A stretch of 35,987 nucleotides of DNA from Promethearchaeia archaeon (lineage in GTDB: Archaea > Asgardarchaeota > Lokiarchaeia > Sigyniarchaeales > SOKP01), in contig JAHQWG010000021.1 in assembly GCA_029856045.1 (NCBI GenBank), positions 1-35,987 of the forward strand, in the 5' to 3' direction. The translations under genes and the position numbers were made by a program. Of this stretch, positions 27,379-35,987 are shown piece by piece (position 1 is the stretch's first letter; each line of letters starts with the position of its first letter). Below the pieces are notes generated by a model, which was given only the letters and a program-made list of their open reading frames with translations, searched no databases and was not told the origin of the DNA.

Positions 27379-28116
27379 ATGGTTAAATTAATTTATCATG
27401 GCTGTATAAACTTAAGCAAATTACCGACTCTATGTGAAGCAGGGACAGAATTAATCAAATTCCTAGAACCAGAATATCAAGAGTTAGAAGACCCTCCTTG
27501 TTGTGGCTCTTTATTATTTCATACTGACGAGGAGGGAGCAAGAAAGAACTGCAATGAGGTCTATGATTGGTTAAAAAAAAATAATGTAACAGAACTAACA
27601 ACTATTTGTGCTGGATGCTATAATTATTTTGTAACGTTTTACCCACAATATATCCCTGAATTTGATGTTAAAATAAATCACATATCACAGTTTCTTTCCA
27701 AACCAGAATACATGCAAAAGCTTAATTTGATATATCCAGGAGAAAAAAGTGTAAAAATAACATACCATGACCCATGTCATATGAAAAATGCCCGGATTCC
27801 AATATTCGAAGAGCCAAGAATCATTTTAAGTAATATAAAAAATATTGATTTAGTATCGCTTGAGTTTGAGAGAGAATTATCAACTTGTTGTGGAGCTGGG
27901 GCAGGAGTATATTCTTCATTTAAAGAGATCAGTAATTTTACCACAGCAGATATCTTCAGGCAAGTTAAAAAGTCAAGAGCTAAAATTTTGATTACTCCAT
28001 GTAGCTTTTGCTATGTAACGTTTAAAAGACTTGTATCAGAAAAAAAACCACGATTTAAAATATTTAAGCTTGAGGAATTCATAAATAAATTGAAAAAAGG
28101 AGAGGTGATTGAATAA
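27379..28116 (+). CDS. (Fe-S)-binding CCG-domain protein (LutA/GlcF/HdrB-like)
   Basis: Two CCG domains: GC...CCG...CAGC and YHDPCH...CCGAGAG...CSFC. Confidence 0.88.
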   Translation: MVKLIYHGCINLSKLPTLCEAGTELIKFLEPEYQELEDPPCCGSLLFHTDEEGARKNCNEVYDWLKKNNVTELTTICAGCYNYFVTFYPQYIPEFDVKINHISQFLSKPEYMQKLNLIYPGEKSVKITYHDPCHMKNARIPIFEEPRIILSNIKNIDLVSLEFERELSTCCGAGAGVYSSFKEISNFTTADIFRQVKKSRAKILITPCSFCYVTFKRLVSEKKPRFKIFKLEEFINKLKKGEVIE

Positions 28117-29396
28117 TGACATCAGGAAAAGAATTATATGAAAATAATAAGGAAAAACTTAAGAAACTTCTTGATGAAACGAGCGAAGAGTATCAATTTG
28201 CTGATTTTTGGGGTAATCTTGCCTCAGTTAAAAAGCATCGGGAATATAATGAGGATACTAAGGAATATGTTGATAAATATGTAGATAAATTAAGACCAAT
28301 GAGAGAAGACTTAGTAAATAATCTTGAAAAATATACTGAACAAGCAATGAAATCAATAGAAAAAACTGGCGCCAAAGTTTATCTAGCTAAAACTAATGAG
28401 GAAGCTCAAAAATTATTTTTACAAGAATTAGGAGATGAACGAACTCTATATAAATCAAAAAGTGCAGATGCAAAAGAAATGGGCATTTTAGATGCTTGTA
28501 AAAAAAATGGAATAGAAGTTATTGAAACTGATCTAGGAGATGTTTTGGTTCAGCTGTTTGAGTATGAATTGCCATCATATCAGCTAGCTCCTGGAGTTCA
28601 TTTTCACCCTAACCAAATTGCAAAAAAAATTAAAGAAAAATATAATGTTGATGTAGAACCTAGTGCACCAGCCATTGCTAATTTTTTTAGAAAGACACAT
28701 AGACCGAAGATCCTTAAAGCAAAGATTTCATTAACATCAGCTAATGCCGTAGCAGCGGAAGATGGTTCTATTGTTTTAATAGAAAATGAAGGAAATATTA
28801 GTTTATTAACCCGTTTACCCCCAAAACATATCGTGATTTGCGGTATTTCAAAAATCGTTCCCACTGTTTATGATGCATTATTACAGGTAAATATGCAAGA
28901 ACGATGGAATACCTTAATTGGTAGTTATATATCTTTTATTAGGGGACCATCATCAACAAATGATATTTATGGCGCAAAGGTAAAAGGTATGTATGGAGCT
29001 CAAGAAGTAGTGGTCATACTTGTAGATGATTGGAGAACAAAAGCAGTTAAAGAAAATAGTTTTCTTAAAGAATTTTTGCATTGTATAAGTTGTAAGGCTT
29101 GCAATTACGTATGTACTGCAAGCAGAGCAGTTGGAAATATATATGCTTCAAAAATGGGGCTCGGCGCATATGGTATTATAAAAGATTACATTCATAATGG
29201 AATTGAGTCGGCTGTGAAAAATGGTTTGTTTTTATGTACTTCTTGCGAAAATTGTAAAAATTTTTGCCCAGTTCAGGTTGATTTACCCAAAATAATGAGA
29301 GAATTAAAAAAAATTGCTGTTAGTAAAGGATTTACACCTCCACCTTTAGAATCGTATCTACAAAATATTAAAATAAAAAAAAATCCATTTAAATAA
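28116..29396 (+). CDS. LUD-domain / 4Fe-4S protein (LutB-like)
   Basis: KSKS, ETDLG, ENEGN, GPSST.DI, CISCKAC...C and CTSCENC...CPV. ATG overlaps the upstream TAA (translational coupling). Confidence 0.9.
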   Translation: MTSGKELYENNKEKLKKLLDETSEEYQFADFWGNLASVKKHREYNEDTKEYVDKYVDKLRPMREDLVNNLEKYTEQAMKSIEKTGAKVYLAKTNEEAQKLFLQELGDERTLYKSKSADAKEMGILDACKKNGIEVIETDLGDVLVQLFEYELPSYQLAPGVHFHPNQIAKKIKEKYNVDVEPSAPAIANFFRKTHRPKILKAKISLTSANAVAAEDGSIVLIENEGNISLLTRLPPKHIVICGISKIVPTVYDALLQVNMQERWNTLIGSYISFIRGPSSTNDIYGAKVKGMYGAQEVVVILVDDWRTKAVKENSFLKEFLHCISCKACNYVCTASRAVGNIYASKMGLGAYGIIKDYIHNGIESAVKNGLFLCTSCENCKNFCPVQVDLPKIMRELKKIAVSKGFTPPPLESYLQNIKIKKNPFK

Positions 29397-29426
29397 TACT
29401 ATTTCAAATTAAAAACACAAATAATT

Positions 29427-29440
29427 AAAAAAAAAAAAAA
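29427..29440 (-). terminator. A14 on the + strand (U14 on the - strand), probable terminator of the acyl-CoA ligase gene
   Basis: Lies 40 nt past the minus-strand stop at 29480. Confidence 0.5.
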
Positions 29441-29479
29441 CAAAAGAGATTAAATAATTTTTTTACTCTAAATTTCACT

Positions 29480-31249
29480 CTACTTTGATTTCCAGAGCGA
29501 ATCTGCTTCTTGGAGCGCTCTTCTCTGAACTTTTCCTAGAACACTCTTTGGAACTTCGTCAACAAATTCAATAATTGCCGGACATTTCCATTTTGTTAGA
29601 TTCTCTTCTGTCCAAGCTTTTAACTCATCCTCGGTAATCTTTCCTTTATATTCTGGTTTTATCTCCACCCACGCTTTGGCAATTTCGCCTACTTTTCCTT
29701 CTGGATCGGGTAAACCTGCAACAGCCGCCTCGGAAACAGCTTCATGTTTCATAAGCATTGATTCAACTTCTTTCGGAAAGACGGAATGACCAGCTACTTT
29801 AATTAATTGTTTCTTACGATCTCGAATCGCAATTGTTCCATCCTCATTCATGAACCCAATATCTCCCGTAAGAAGCCATTTTCGATTATCCCATTCTTTA
29901 ATAGTGTCGGCAGTTTCTTCTGGTTGGTTTAAATATTCTTTCATAACTTGAGGACCACATACACATATCTCTCCGGAATATTCCTCACCGTACTTTGAAC
30001 CAGGTGATCCAATAGCAATTGGACCTTTGTTAAAATCTTCAGCATCAAAAATAGCCCAGTCAGTTCCAGTAAACGGCATACCTATAGTGCCAATAGGACT
30101 TTCTCCAAATAAATTACCAGCGCTAACAACAGGACTTGCTTCAGAAAGACCATATCCCTCAACTATTCTTCCTCCAGTATTCTTTTCAAATGCTTCTGCG
30201 ACCGGTCCATGTAAAGGACCCGCTCCTGAAACACACAAGCGTAATTTACCCATAATATCAAATTCATTAATTGTTGGAAGATCAGCGAGCCTTTTAAACA
30301 AAATTTCTGCACCAGTATATAAAAAACCTTTTGGTGCCGGTAAATCTTGAATTGTCTCAAGTAATTCTTCAGTTGGAGGGGGTCTTGGAAATAACATCAT
30401 CCAACCGCCAAGTGCAATACATGCATTCATAACCGTAGTCATAGCAAACGAGTGAAATAATGGTAAAACACCGACACCTCCTACTCCAGGCTCCTCTCCG
30501 CCAAACCATGAAATGCATTGTCTTGCATTAGATACTAAGTTAAAATGAGTTAATACCGTAGCTTTTGGGATACCAGTTGTACCACCCGTCATTATGTATG
30601 TTACGGGAAGATCAACTGGGTCAATATCAACATCAGGAAGATTTGGCTCCGTTTTTAATAGATCTAACAACTTATAAGCTGGCTCAAAATCAACTTTACC
30701 TTTTGGAATCTTACCGATCAATTTACCAATAAATTTAATCGCACCTGAAAGACCAGAAGCTAAATCTGCAACGTTTGTATATATAATAAACTCAATGTTG
30801 GTCTTAGCAATTATGGGCTTGACAAATTCACCATACAAGGCATCCAATACAATTAAAGCTTTAGGATTAGTCGTCTCAATCTGATATAAAACTTCAAGAG
30901 GTTTGTAGGTAGGATTAATTCCGGTTGCAATAACGCCAATCTTTGCGCATGCATAGAAACTAATGATATATTGAAAACTATTTGGCAGAAGTAATGCACA
31001 TACATCCCCTTTTTTTAACCCCAAATTAGAAAGAGCAGTCGCAAGGGAATCCATAGCCTTACCAGCCTCATCATACGTCATCCATGAATGCAAAAACCAC
31101 ATCATATTATCGTTTGCATATTTCCTTCTCTGCCCTTCAAAAAATTCTCCTAATGAAATCTTCTCAAATTCCATGTTCTTAGGACATTTTTCTGGCCACC
31201 ATTTTTTAAACCAAGCTTTATCTTCATTTACTTGCCATTCTTTTGCCAT
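29480..31249 (-). CDS. Long-chain fatty acid--CoA ligase (AMP-binding enzyme)
   Basis: MTGGTTGIPK, LPLFH, EGYGLSE, LTGDIG, DRKKQLI, LGKVQRR. Confidence 0.93.
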   Translation of the reverse strand: MAKEWQVNEDKAWFKKWWPEKCPKNMEFEKISLGEFFEGQRRKYANDNMMWFLHSWMTYDEAGKAMDSLATALSNLGLKKGDVCALLLPNSFQYIISFYACAKIGVIATGINPTYKPLEVLYQIETTNPKALIVLDALYGEFVKPIIAKTNIEFIIYTNVADLASGLSGAIKFIGKLIGKIPKGKVDFEPAYKLLDLLKTEPNLPDVDIDPVDLPVTYIMTGGTTGIPKATVLTHFNLVSNARQCISWFGGEEPGVGGVGVLPLFHSFAMTTVMNACIALGGWMMLFPRPPPTEELLETIQDLPAPKGFLYTGAEILFKRLADLPTINEFDIMGKLRLCVSGAGPLHGPVAEAFEKNTGGRIVEGYGLSEASPVVSAGNLFGESPIGTIGMPFTGTDWAIFDAEDFNKGPIAIGSPGSKYGEEYSGEICVCGPQVMKEYLNQPEETADTIKEWDNRKWLLTGDIGFMNEDGTIAIRDRKKQLIKVAGHSVFPKEVESMLMKHEAVSEAAVAGLPDPEGKVGEIAKAWVEIKPEYKGKITEDELKAWTEENLTKWKCPAIIEFVDEVPKSVLGKVQRRALQEADSLWKSK

Positions 31250-31526
31250 TTTTTATCACTTAAAAATCTCGATTTTAAGAAAATATTACTTTTAAATCAT
31301 ATAAATAATATAAGCAATATAATTGTAGAATTGTTTTAAATTTTTTTAGAGCTCTTAGAAATATTTTTTTTCTCGTTTATTTTTTTATTATTTCCAAAAA
31401 TTATACAATTTCTTATTAGAACTTAATTTAACGTGTAAAGAGAGATATCTTAACCATTTGAAGAAGAAAATAAATATAATTTGAAAATTCAGGAATCAAT
31501 ATAATGAAAAAATAATATGAATAAAA

Positions 31527-31826
31527 ATGCGTCAAAAAGAGAGAGATTTAAAAAAAAGAAGTAAAACAATATTTGAAGTAATTAAAAAGACACCGTATTA
31601 CTATGCTCCACTTGAATTTATTAAAGATTTGGGATTGGAAGAAAAAGATATTAATAATAAACCATTTATCGGAATTGCAAATACGTGGAACGGATTAAAC
31701 CAGGGTCGTAAACATTTAAATACTTTGACCAAGGCGGTAAAATATGGCATTATTGAAGGAGGCGGTATCCCTTTCGAATTCTGTGTCACCTCTTTTATAA
31801 TATATTTTAAGTATCGATATAAATAA
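31527..31826 (+). pseudogene. ilvD: N-terminal fragment of dihydroxy-acid dehydratase (IlvD/Edd family)
   Basis: KPFIGIANTWN.LN....HL..L.KAVKYGIIEGGGIPFEF matches the IlvD N-terminus. Similarity ends near 31790, just before the expected CDG motif; 99 aa against more than 500 aa for the family. Confidence 0.8.
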
Positions 31827-31951
31827 CCGCGAAGCCTAATTTGCTACCGCATTAAAAAAAATAAAGATTTTTATTTTATTTGTTTTTTCATTATTCAATA
31901 GAATACGAAATAGGAAACGAGGAAAATTCAGCCTTTTGGAGCTTATGAAAA

Positions 31952-33349
31952 TTGGGAAATAACTCATCTCAAAATAGTGGTAATTCGTCTGATAAAGCTG
32001 AAGCATTTTTAAAACCTCGGATCTCCAAACCTCCCTTATCTCCTAAAGAATTTTTCAAGTATTTGGGTCCTGCTTTTATCTTTACGGCAACACAGATTGG
32101 AGGTGGAGAATTTATTACTGTCCCCTTAATGGGGGCTTATTTAGGAATGACAGGGATTTATCTCACGCCTATTATCGCTTTTATCAAAGTATTCGGACAA
32201 TTTTATTTGGTACAATATGGCGTTATTAGAGGTAAGACTTTTCTCAAGACTTGTTGGGATAAGAAATGGCTGAGATGGATGTTTTTTTGTTTAATGGCTG
32301 GGTGCATAATTCATTCAATGCTGCTGGCTGGATTATTGGGTCAAATTGCGGGGACGATTAACTATCTAATTCCAATCTCTAATGAAATCTGGATATTAAT
32401 AATAATGATTATTGCTTTTTCCATAGTAGTTACAAGAAGTTATAATTTACTGGAAAAGATTTCCAGCGTATTGCTTTGGATTTTTTTGACCTTAATAACT
32501 ATTGTTGCTATACTTTTTTGGCCCTCTTTGGAGCAATGGATAATAGGGTTCACTCCTCAATTACCTGGAGCAATTGAAGGTCTTGAGACAACATCGGGGA
32601 TTATGACGGTAGCAGTACTATTTGTTGTCCTGGGTGCTGGTTTTGGACCGACAGTTTCATATATCTGGTTCGCTAAAGACAAAAAAATGGGAATGTTTGA
32701 GCCTTACGAAAATGGTTTTGAATTAAACCCTGAAGATCTAACAGAGGAAGAAACAAGAAGGTTAGATGGTTGGAAAAAGGTAATCTTATACCAGAATCTC
32801 GTGTCGGCTTTAATTTTAACTTTCTTTTCCATGTTTATTTGGATTGCAGCGGCTCAGACACTTCATGTTCAAGGTTATAAGCCCGTAGGGTGGGAACTCA
32901 TACCTCAAATGGAATCTATCTTCACTTTAACTTACGGCAAATGGTCTGGGTTATTATTTATCATATGCGGAGCCGTTGCACTCTTTAGTTCGATATTAGG
33001 ACCGCTTTACGGGTTCTCAAGGTTATGGGAAGAGAGTTTAGAACAATTTGGGCTTTATAGTAAAGTTAATATTAAAAAAGAAAATGTTTATCGAATTTGT
33101 CTTGCTTTTTTTGCCTCTTTACCTATGATCTTTATTTTTATCACAGGAAAACCCATGTGGCTTTTCTCTATTGCTAGTATGTTATCTGGACCAATATTAG
33201 GCTTGCTATATATCATTCCTATTCCTCTTACTTACATTGAAATGAAAGAAAACGCCCCAGATTTGAAACCAACTCGTTATTGGGCAATAATGTTAGCATT
33301 ATTTAGTGGAGTCCTAATGATAATTTTATCATTAGTTGGTTTAGGTTGA
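31952..33349 (+). CDS. Nramp-like / APC superfamily transporter
   Basis: YLGPAFIFTATQIGGGEFI TM1 motif; about 11 TM segments; ALFSS..G..YG.SR. Confidence 0.8.
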   Translation: MGNNSSQNSGNSSDKAEAFLKPRISKPPLSPKEFFKYLGPAFIFTATQIGGGEFITVPLMGAYLGMTGIYLTPIIAFIKVFGQFYLVQYGVIRGKTFLKTCWDKKWLRWMFFCLMAGCIIHSMLLAGLLGQIAGTINYLIPISNEIWILIIMIIAFSIVVTRSYNLLEKISSVLLWIFLTLITIVAILFWPSLEQWIIGFTPQLPGAIEGLETTSGIMTVAVLFVVLGAGFGPTVSYIWFAKDKKMGMFEPYENGFELNPEDLTEEETRRLDGWKKVILYQNLVSALILTFFSMFIWIAAAQTLHVQGYKPVGWELIPQMESIFTLTYGKWSGLLFIICGAVALFSSILGPLYGFSRLWEESLEQFGLYSKVNIKKENVYRICLAFFASLPMIFIFITGKPMWLFSIASMLSGPILGLLYIIPIPLTYIEMKENAPDLKPTRYWAIMLALFSGVLMIILSLVGLG

Positions 33350-33421
33350 TTTTGGGATTACTAAAAAAAGAATTGAATACTATTTATAGTTAAGAAAAAA
33401 AAGATAAAAATCAGGACAGCA

Positions 33422-33452
33422 AGCTTATCGAAATAACAGCTTATCGAAATAA
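33422..33452 (+). repeat. Tandem 15-bp duplication AGCTTATCGAAATAA (33422-33436 and 33438-33452)
   Basis: Read directly; sits where SDR similarity ends. Confidence 0.85.
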
Positions 33453-33875
33453 AATCTGAACTCCTTTCAAGCATTTTAGTAATAACACTTTAATCAAATA
33501 GATTACGCTCCATAAATTTACATTTAAGACTTTTGTCCAATCTTCAATTTCCAGTTCTTCAGCAGGTGCTCCTACTGCAATTCATGAATTATTGAAGAGC
33601 AAATCGACCCCACCAAGCTCTGAGTAGAATTTTTCTGCCACTTTCTCAAAAACCTCTAATTTAGAGACTTCACATTTGCCTGTAAAGACTTTAATTCCTA
33701 ATTCTAGCTGTTCTATCTCGTTTTTAACCCTCCTAAAATTTTCCATATCAATATCTGTGATAAATAGATTCATACCTTCTTTTGCCAAGCCAATCGCTAA
33801 TGAGCACCCGATGCCACTGGAGCGCCCGTTATGAAACAATTTTTTACCTATTAAGTCTTACAACTTTAAAACCAA
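33453..33875 (-). pseudogene. Decayed short-chain dehydrogenase/reductase (SDR)
   Basis: Reads MVLKL*DLIGK, then a frameshifted CFITG.SGIG, then LAKEGMNLFITDID...GGVDLLFNNS*IAVGAPAEELEIEDWTKVLNVNLWSVI. Stops at 33858-33860 and 33582-33584; truncated before YxxxK. Confidence 0.85.
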
Positions 33876-34226
33876 TTTTAGATTTCACAATGATAGATGT
33901 TTCGCCTCATCAATCGATTGAAGTTCATTTAATGATTTAATTTCATCAATTGCAATATTTAATAATAAATATTTGCACACGTCGAGTTTTTCATAATTTA
34001 GATATATGATTGTTTTATCATTTTCCAATTTTAGGGTAATATAATCATTTACTCAGAATTTTATGTCGAAATCTCTAAAATTGTTCATATTCTTTATTTA
34101 AGATCTAATTCTCTAACTAATTATAACTAATTAAATACAAGGACTCTTAAAAATAATATAAAATATTCTTTATTTTTTGGTATTATCAAAAAAATAAAAA
34201 AAAATAAAAATTTAAATTTAACTTGC

Positions 34227-35987
34227 CTATCTTATCAATTTATTTTTACGTCGTGTAATTAGAATCGTTGCAACTCCAAGTAAAGTAATACCACCTAAGA
34301 GAAGTATAATGGAGATAATTGATTGAGCCTCCCAAGTCATGAAAACGCTGAATACAGGGTCATGGAATAACCCATCACCACTTCCGGCGAATGTTGGATA
34401 ATTTACAGAGTATAGCATCACATTGAAATCTGTTTGGAAAAAGCCTTCAGAAGTAAAAGATGCGGTAGGATCCTCTTCATTTATGTGAGTTGAGAAGTCT
34501 GAAACTCCTGCCTCGAACAATCCCAGAGGAATTATACTCGTACTGGCGGAGTGTTGATATGTGCCAGTTTCATTTACTTGTTCATAGTAAGGTCCAGCAA
34601 TATCAACGAAGGGAACTTTCTCAGCACTAGGCATATAATTGCCGATATATAAAGCGTGTTCTTCTTCATGGTAATCATTTTCGGTCAGCATAGGTTTATC
34701 TCTTTTGTCATCATAATTTAACATCTTTTCTTGAGTGATTTCATTTAAACTTAGATTGAAATGAATGTGCAAAGCAGTTGAGAGATAAACAATTGCCATA
34801 TCGAGGTCAGTAATGTTAGCATTAGGTCCATCACCATCATTCCATGGCGCAAAATACTGATCTAGTTTAACTTTACCCGATGCTAATTGAATAGTTTTGG
34901 TGGTTTCACCTTCTGTGATTTCTACAGTATCTGTGATATTTGGTATGAATGTAAAACCAAAGAATATAAAATCAAGGTCTTCTTCTAAAACATCTCCGAC
35001 ATAATCTTCCATTTCAACACCTAACGGCACAGTGGAGAGTTTTACATCATTCATTTGCATACCCCAGGAAATTGATTCGTCAACACCGTCTTCATTTTTA
35101 TTAATTGTTGGTTCTTTAACATCGAAATCATTTACTGCTCCCAGTTGTATTCGGTGGGTCACTTCTGTAGAATTTGGAACTTGGACATTAGTACCATCAA
35201 TTACCAGTGGTTCTCCAGTAGTTTCATTTAACACATTTACATAATCAACAGTAATTTTTCCATCTTCATTTGCATCATCGAATAGGAAAGCTCCTGTAAG
35301 ATGGTGAGTAAATAAGTAGAATTCGATATCACAACCTTCAAAGATTTTGGCGGGATTTATACTTGAAAATGGATCTTGAGAAATACCAATTCCATTATCT
35401 ACAGATAGACCAAACATGTCACCGCCACCACCATTACCTGTAGGTAGAATTGCACCAAGCAAGTTTATTATTTCATTTGCATCAATTTCGATGTGAAAAT
35501 TCTTAATCCACAACTGAATAAGGTCAAAAGCAAAGTGAGTCCATTTTTTTGTGTGTACACCTCCAAGACTTTGGTTTGAAAGGAGCCATAGCATATATTC
35601 ATCATGATTTTCTTCAGCCCTGGTTTCCCAGCCCAATTCTTCAATCCGTTCTTTAAGTAATTCAGTCCCATTTGCATAATACCATTTCTTTGTTGTATTG
35701 AAGTCAGCGCTGGTTTCAATCAATAACGATTGATAGGTAATTGGGTTTAACATTATTAACTCATCGCCATTGATAATATCATTAATATGGATGAGTAAAT
35801 AAGAGATAACATTAGCAATTTTTCCAATTATCTCTGTCATCGCTTTTGTAGCTTCTTCGGTTGGTGGCTCATCCTCGAATTTTTCAGCCATTATAAATAA
35901 TTCCTTACCCACGTCAATAATTCTCTGTAGTACAGCTATAAGTGAGCCATCACTATCCAAAATTACAAATGTGATTGATGCACCAGA
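34227..35987 (-). CDS. Large acidic secreted/surface protein with C-terminal TM anchor; partial, open to the window edge
   Basis: The frame stays open from 35987 (SGASITFVILDSDGS...). Contains DDANEDG Ca-binding-like loop, N-x-T sequons (NETT, NITD, NETG), YP...HDPVF, then a TM segment and RRKNK. Confidence 0.8.
   Translation of the reverse strand, partial: SGASITFVILDSDGSLIAVLQRIIDVGKELFIMAEKFEDEPPTEEATKAMTEIIGKIANVISYLLIHINDIINGDELIMLNPITYQSLLIETSADFNTTKKWYYANGTELLKERIEELGWETRAEENHDEYMLWLLSNQSLGGVHTKKWTHFAFDLIQLWIKNFHIEIDANEIINLLGAILPTGNGGGGDMFGLSVDNGIGISQDPFSSINPAKIFEGCDIEFYLFTHHLTGAFLFDDANEDGKITVDYVNVLNETTGEPLVIDGTNVQVPNSTEVTHRIQLGAVNDFDVKEPTINKNEDGVDESISWGMQMNDVKLSTVPLGVEMEDYVGDVLEEDLDFIFFGFTFIPNITDTVEITEGETTKTIQLASGKVKLDQYFAPWNDGDGPNANITDLDMAIVYLSTALHIHFNLSLNEITQEKMLNYDDKRDKPMLTENDYHEEEHALYIGNYMPSAEKVPFVDIAGPYYEQVNETGTYQHSASTSIIPLGLFEAGVSDFSTHINEEDPTASFTSEGFFQTDFNVMLYSVNYPTFAGSGDGLFHDPVFSVFMTWEAQSIISIILLLGGITLLGVATILITRRKNKLIR

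Noticed and set aside
33582-33584. In-frame TGA in the SDR as a possible selenocysteine codon, given that pstK is present
   Set aside because: It aligns with the Gly of the NNAG motif (GGA to TGA), not a Cys, and the gene also has a TAA stop, frameshifts and a truncation.
290-35719. Other short ORFs in the track that overlap called genes (e.g. 290-511, 944-1261, 4118-4315, 5339-5584, 6975-7241, 11608-11841, 19583-19852, 24366-24689, 26037-26297, 30027-30350, 35032-35244)
   Set aside because: Antisense or off-frame shadows of well-supported genes with no recognisable motifs.

Overview
AT-rich archaeal chromosomal window whose gene content points to an Asgard archaeon, most likely Lokiarchaeia: TBP, Cdc48, deoxyhypusine synthase, the Sec kinase PSTK and four Rab-like small GTPases without prenylation motifs. 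This assignment is inferred from gene content only. Bases 1-21100 mix housekeeping genes (cdc48, pstK, tatD, tbp, dhs, speB, argS) with many proteins resembling eukaryotic membrane-trafficking or GTPase-regulator components. These include a co-directional Rab-thioredoxin-V4R-Rab block facing a LITAF-like zinc membrane protein and a longin-like protein, an NPRL2/uDENN-like longin-wHTH fusion, a helical-solenoid protein with a Glu/Lys tail, and a second V4R/Bet3-like gene leading the argS-speB-dhs operon. After a ~750 bp AT-rich gap and a small Gly/RGG-zinc-ribbon gene, 22400-35987 is an accessory catabolic region. It holds a sulfatase, an MFS transporter, an MBL alkylsulfatase-like protein, a LutAB-like pair, an acyl-CoA ligase, an Nramp-like transporter, two decayed genes (ilvD fragment, SDR) and a truncated C-terminally anchored surface protein. 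I found no tRNA, rRNA, CRISPR array, integrase or transposase. All family calls are by eye from motifs; no database searches were run.
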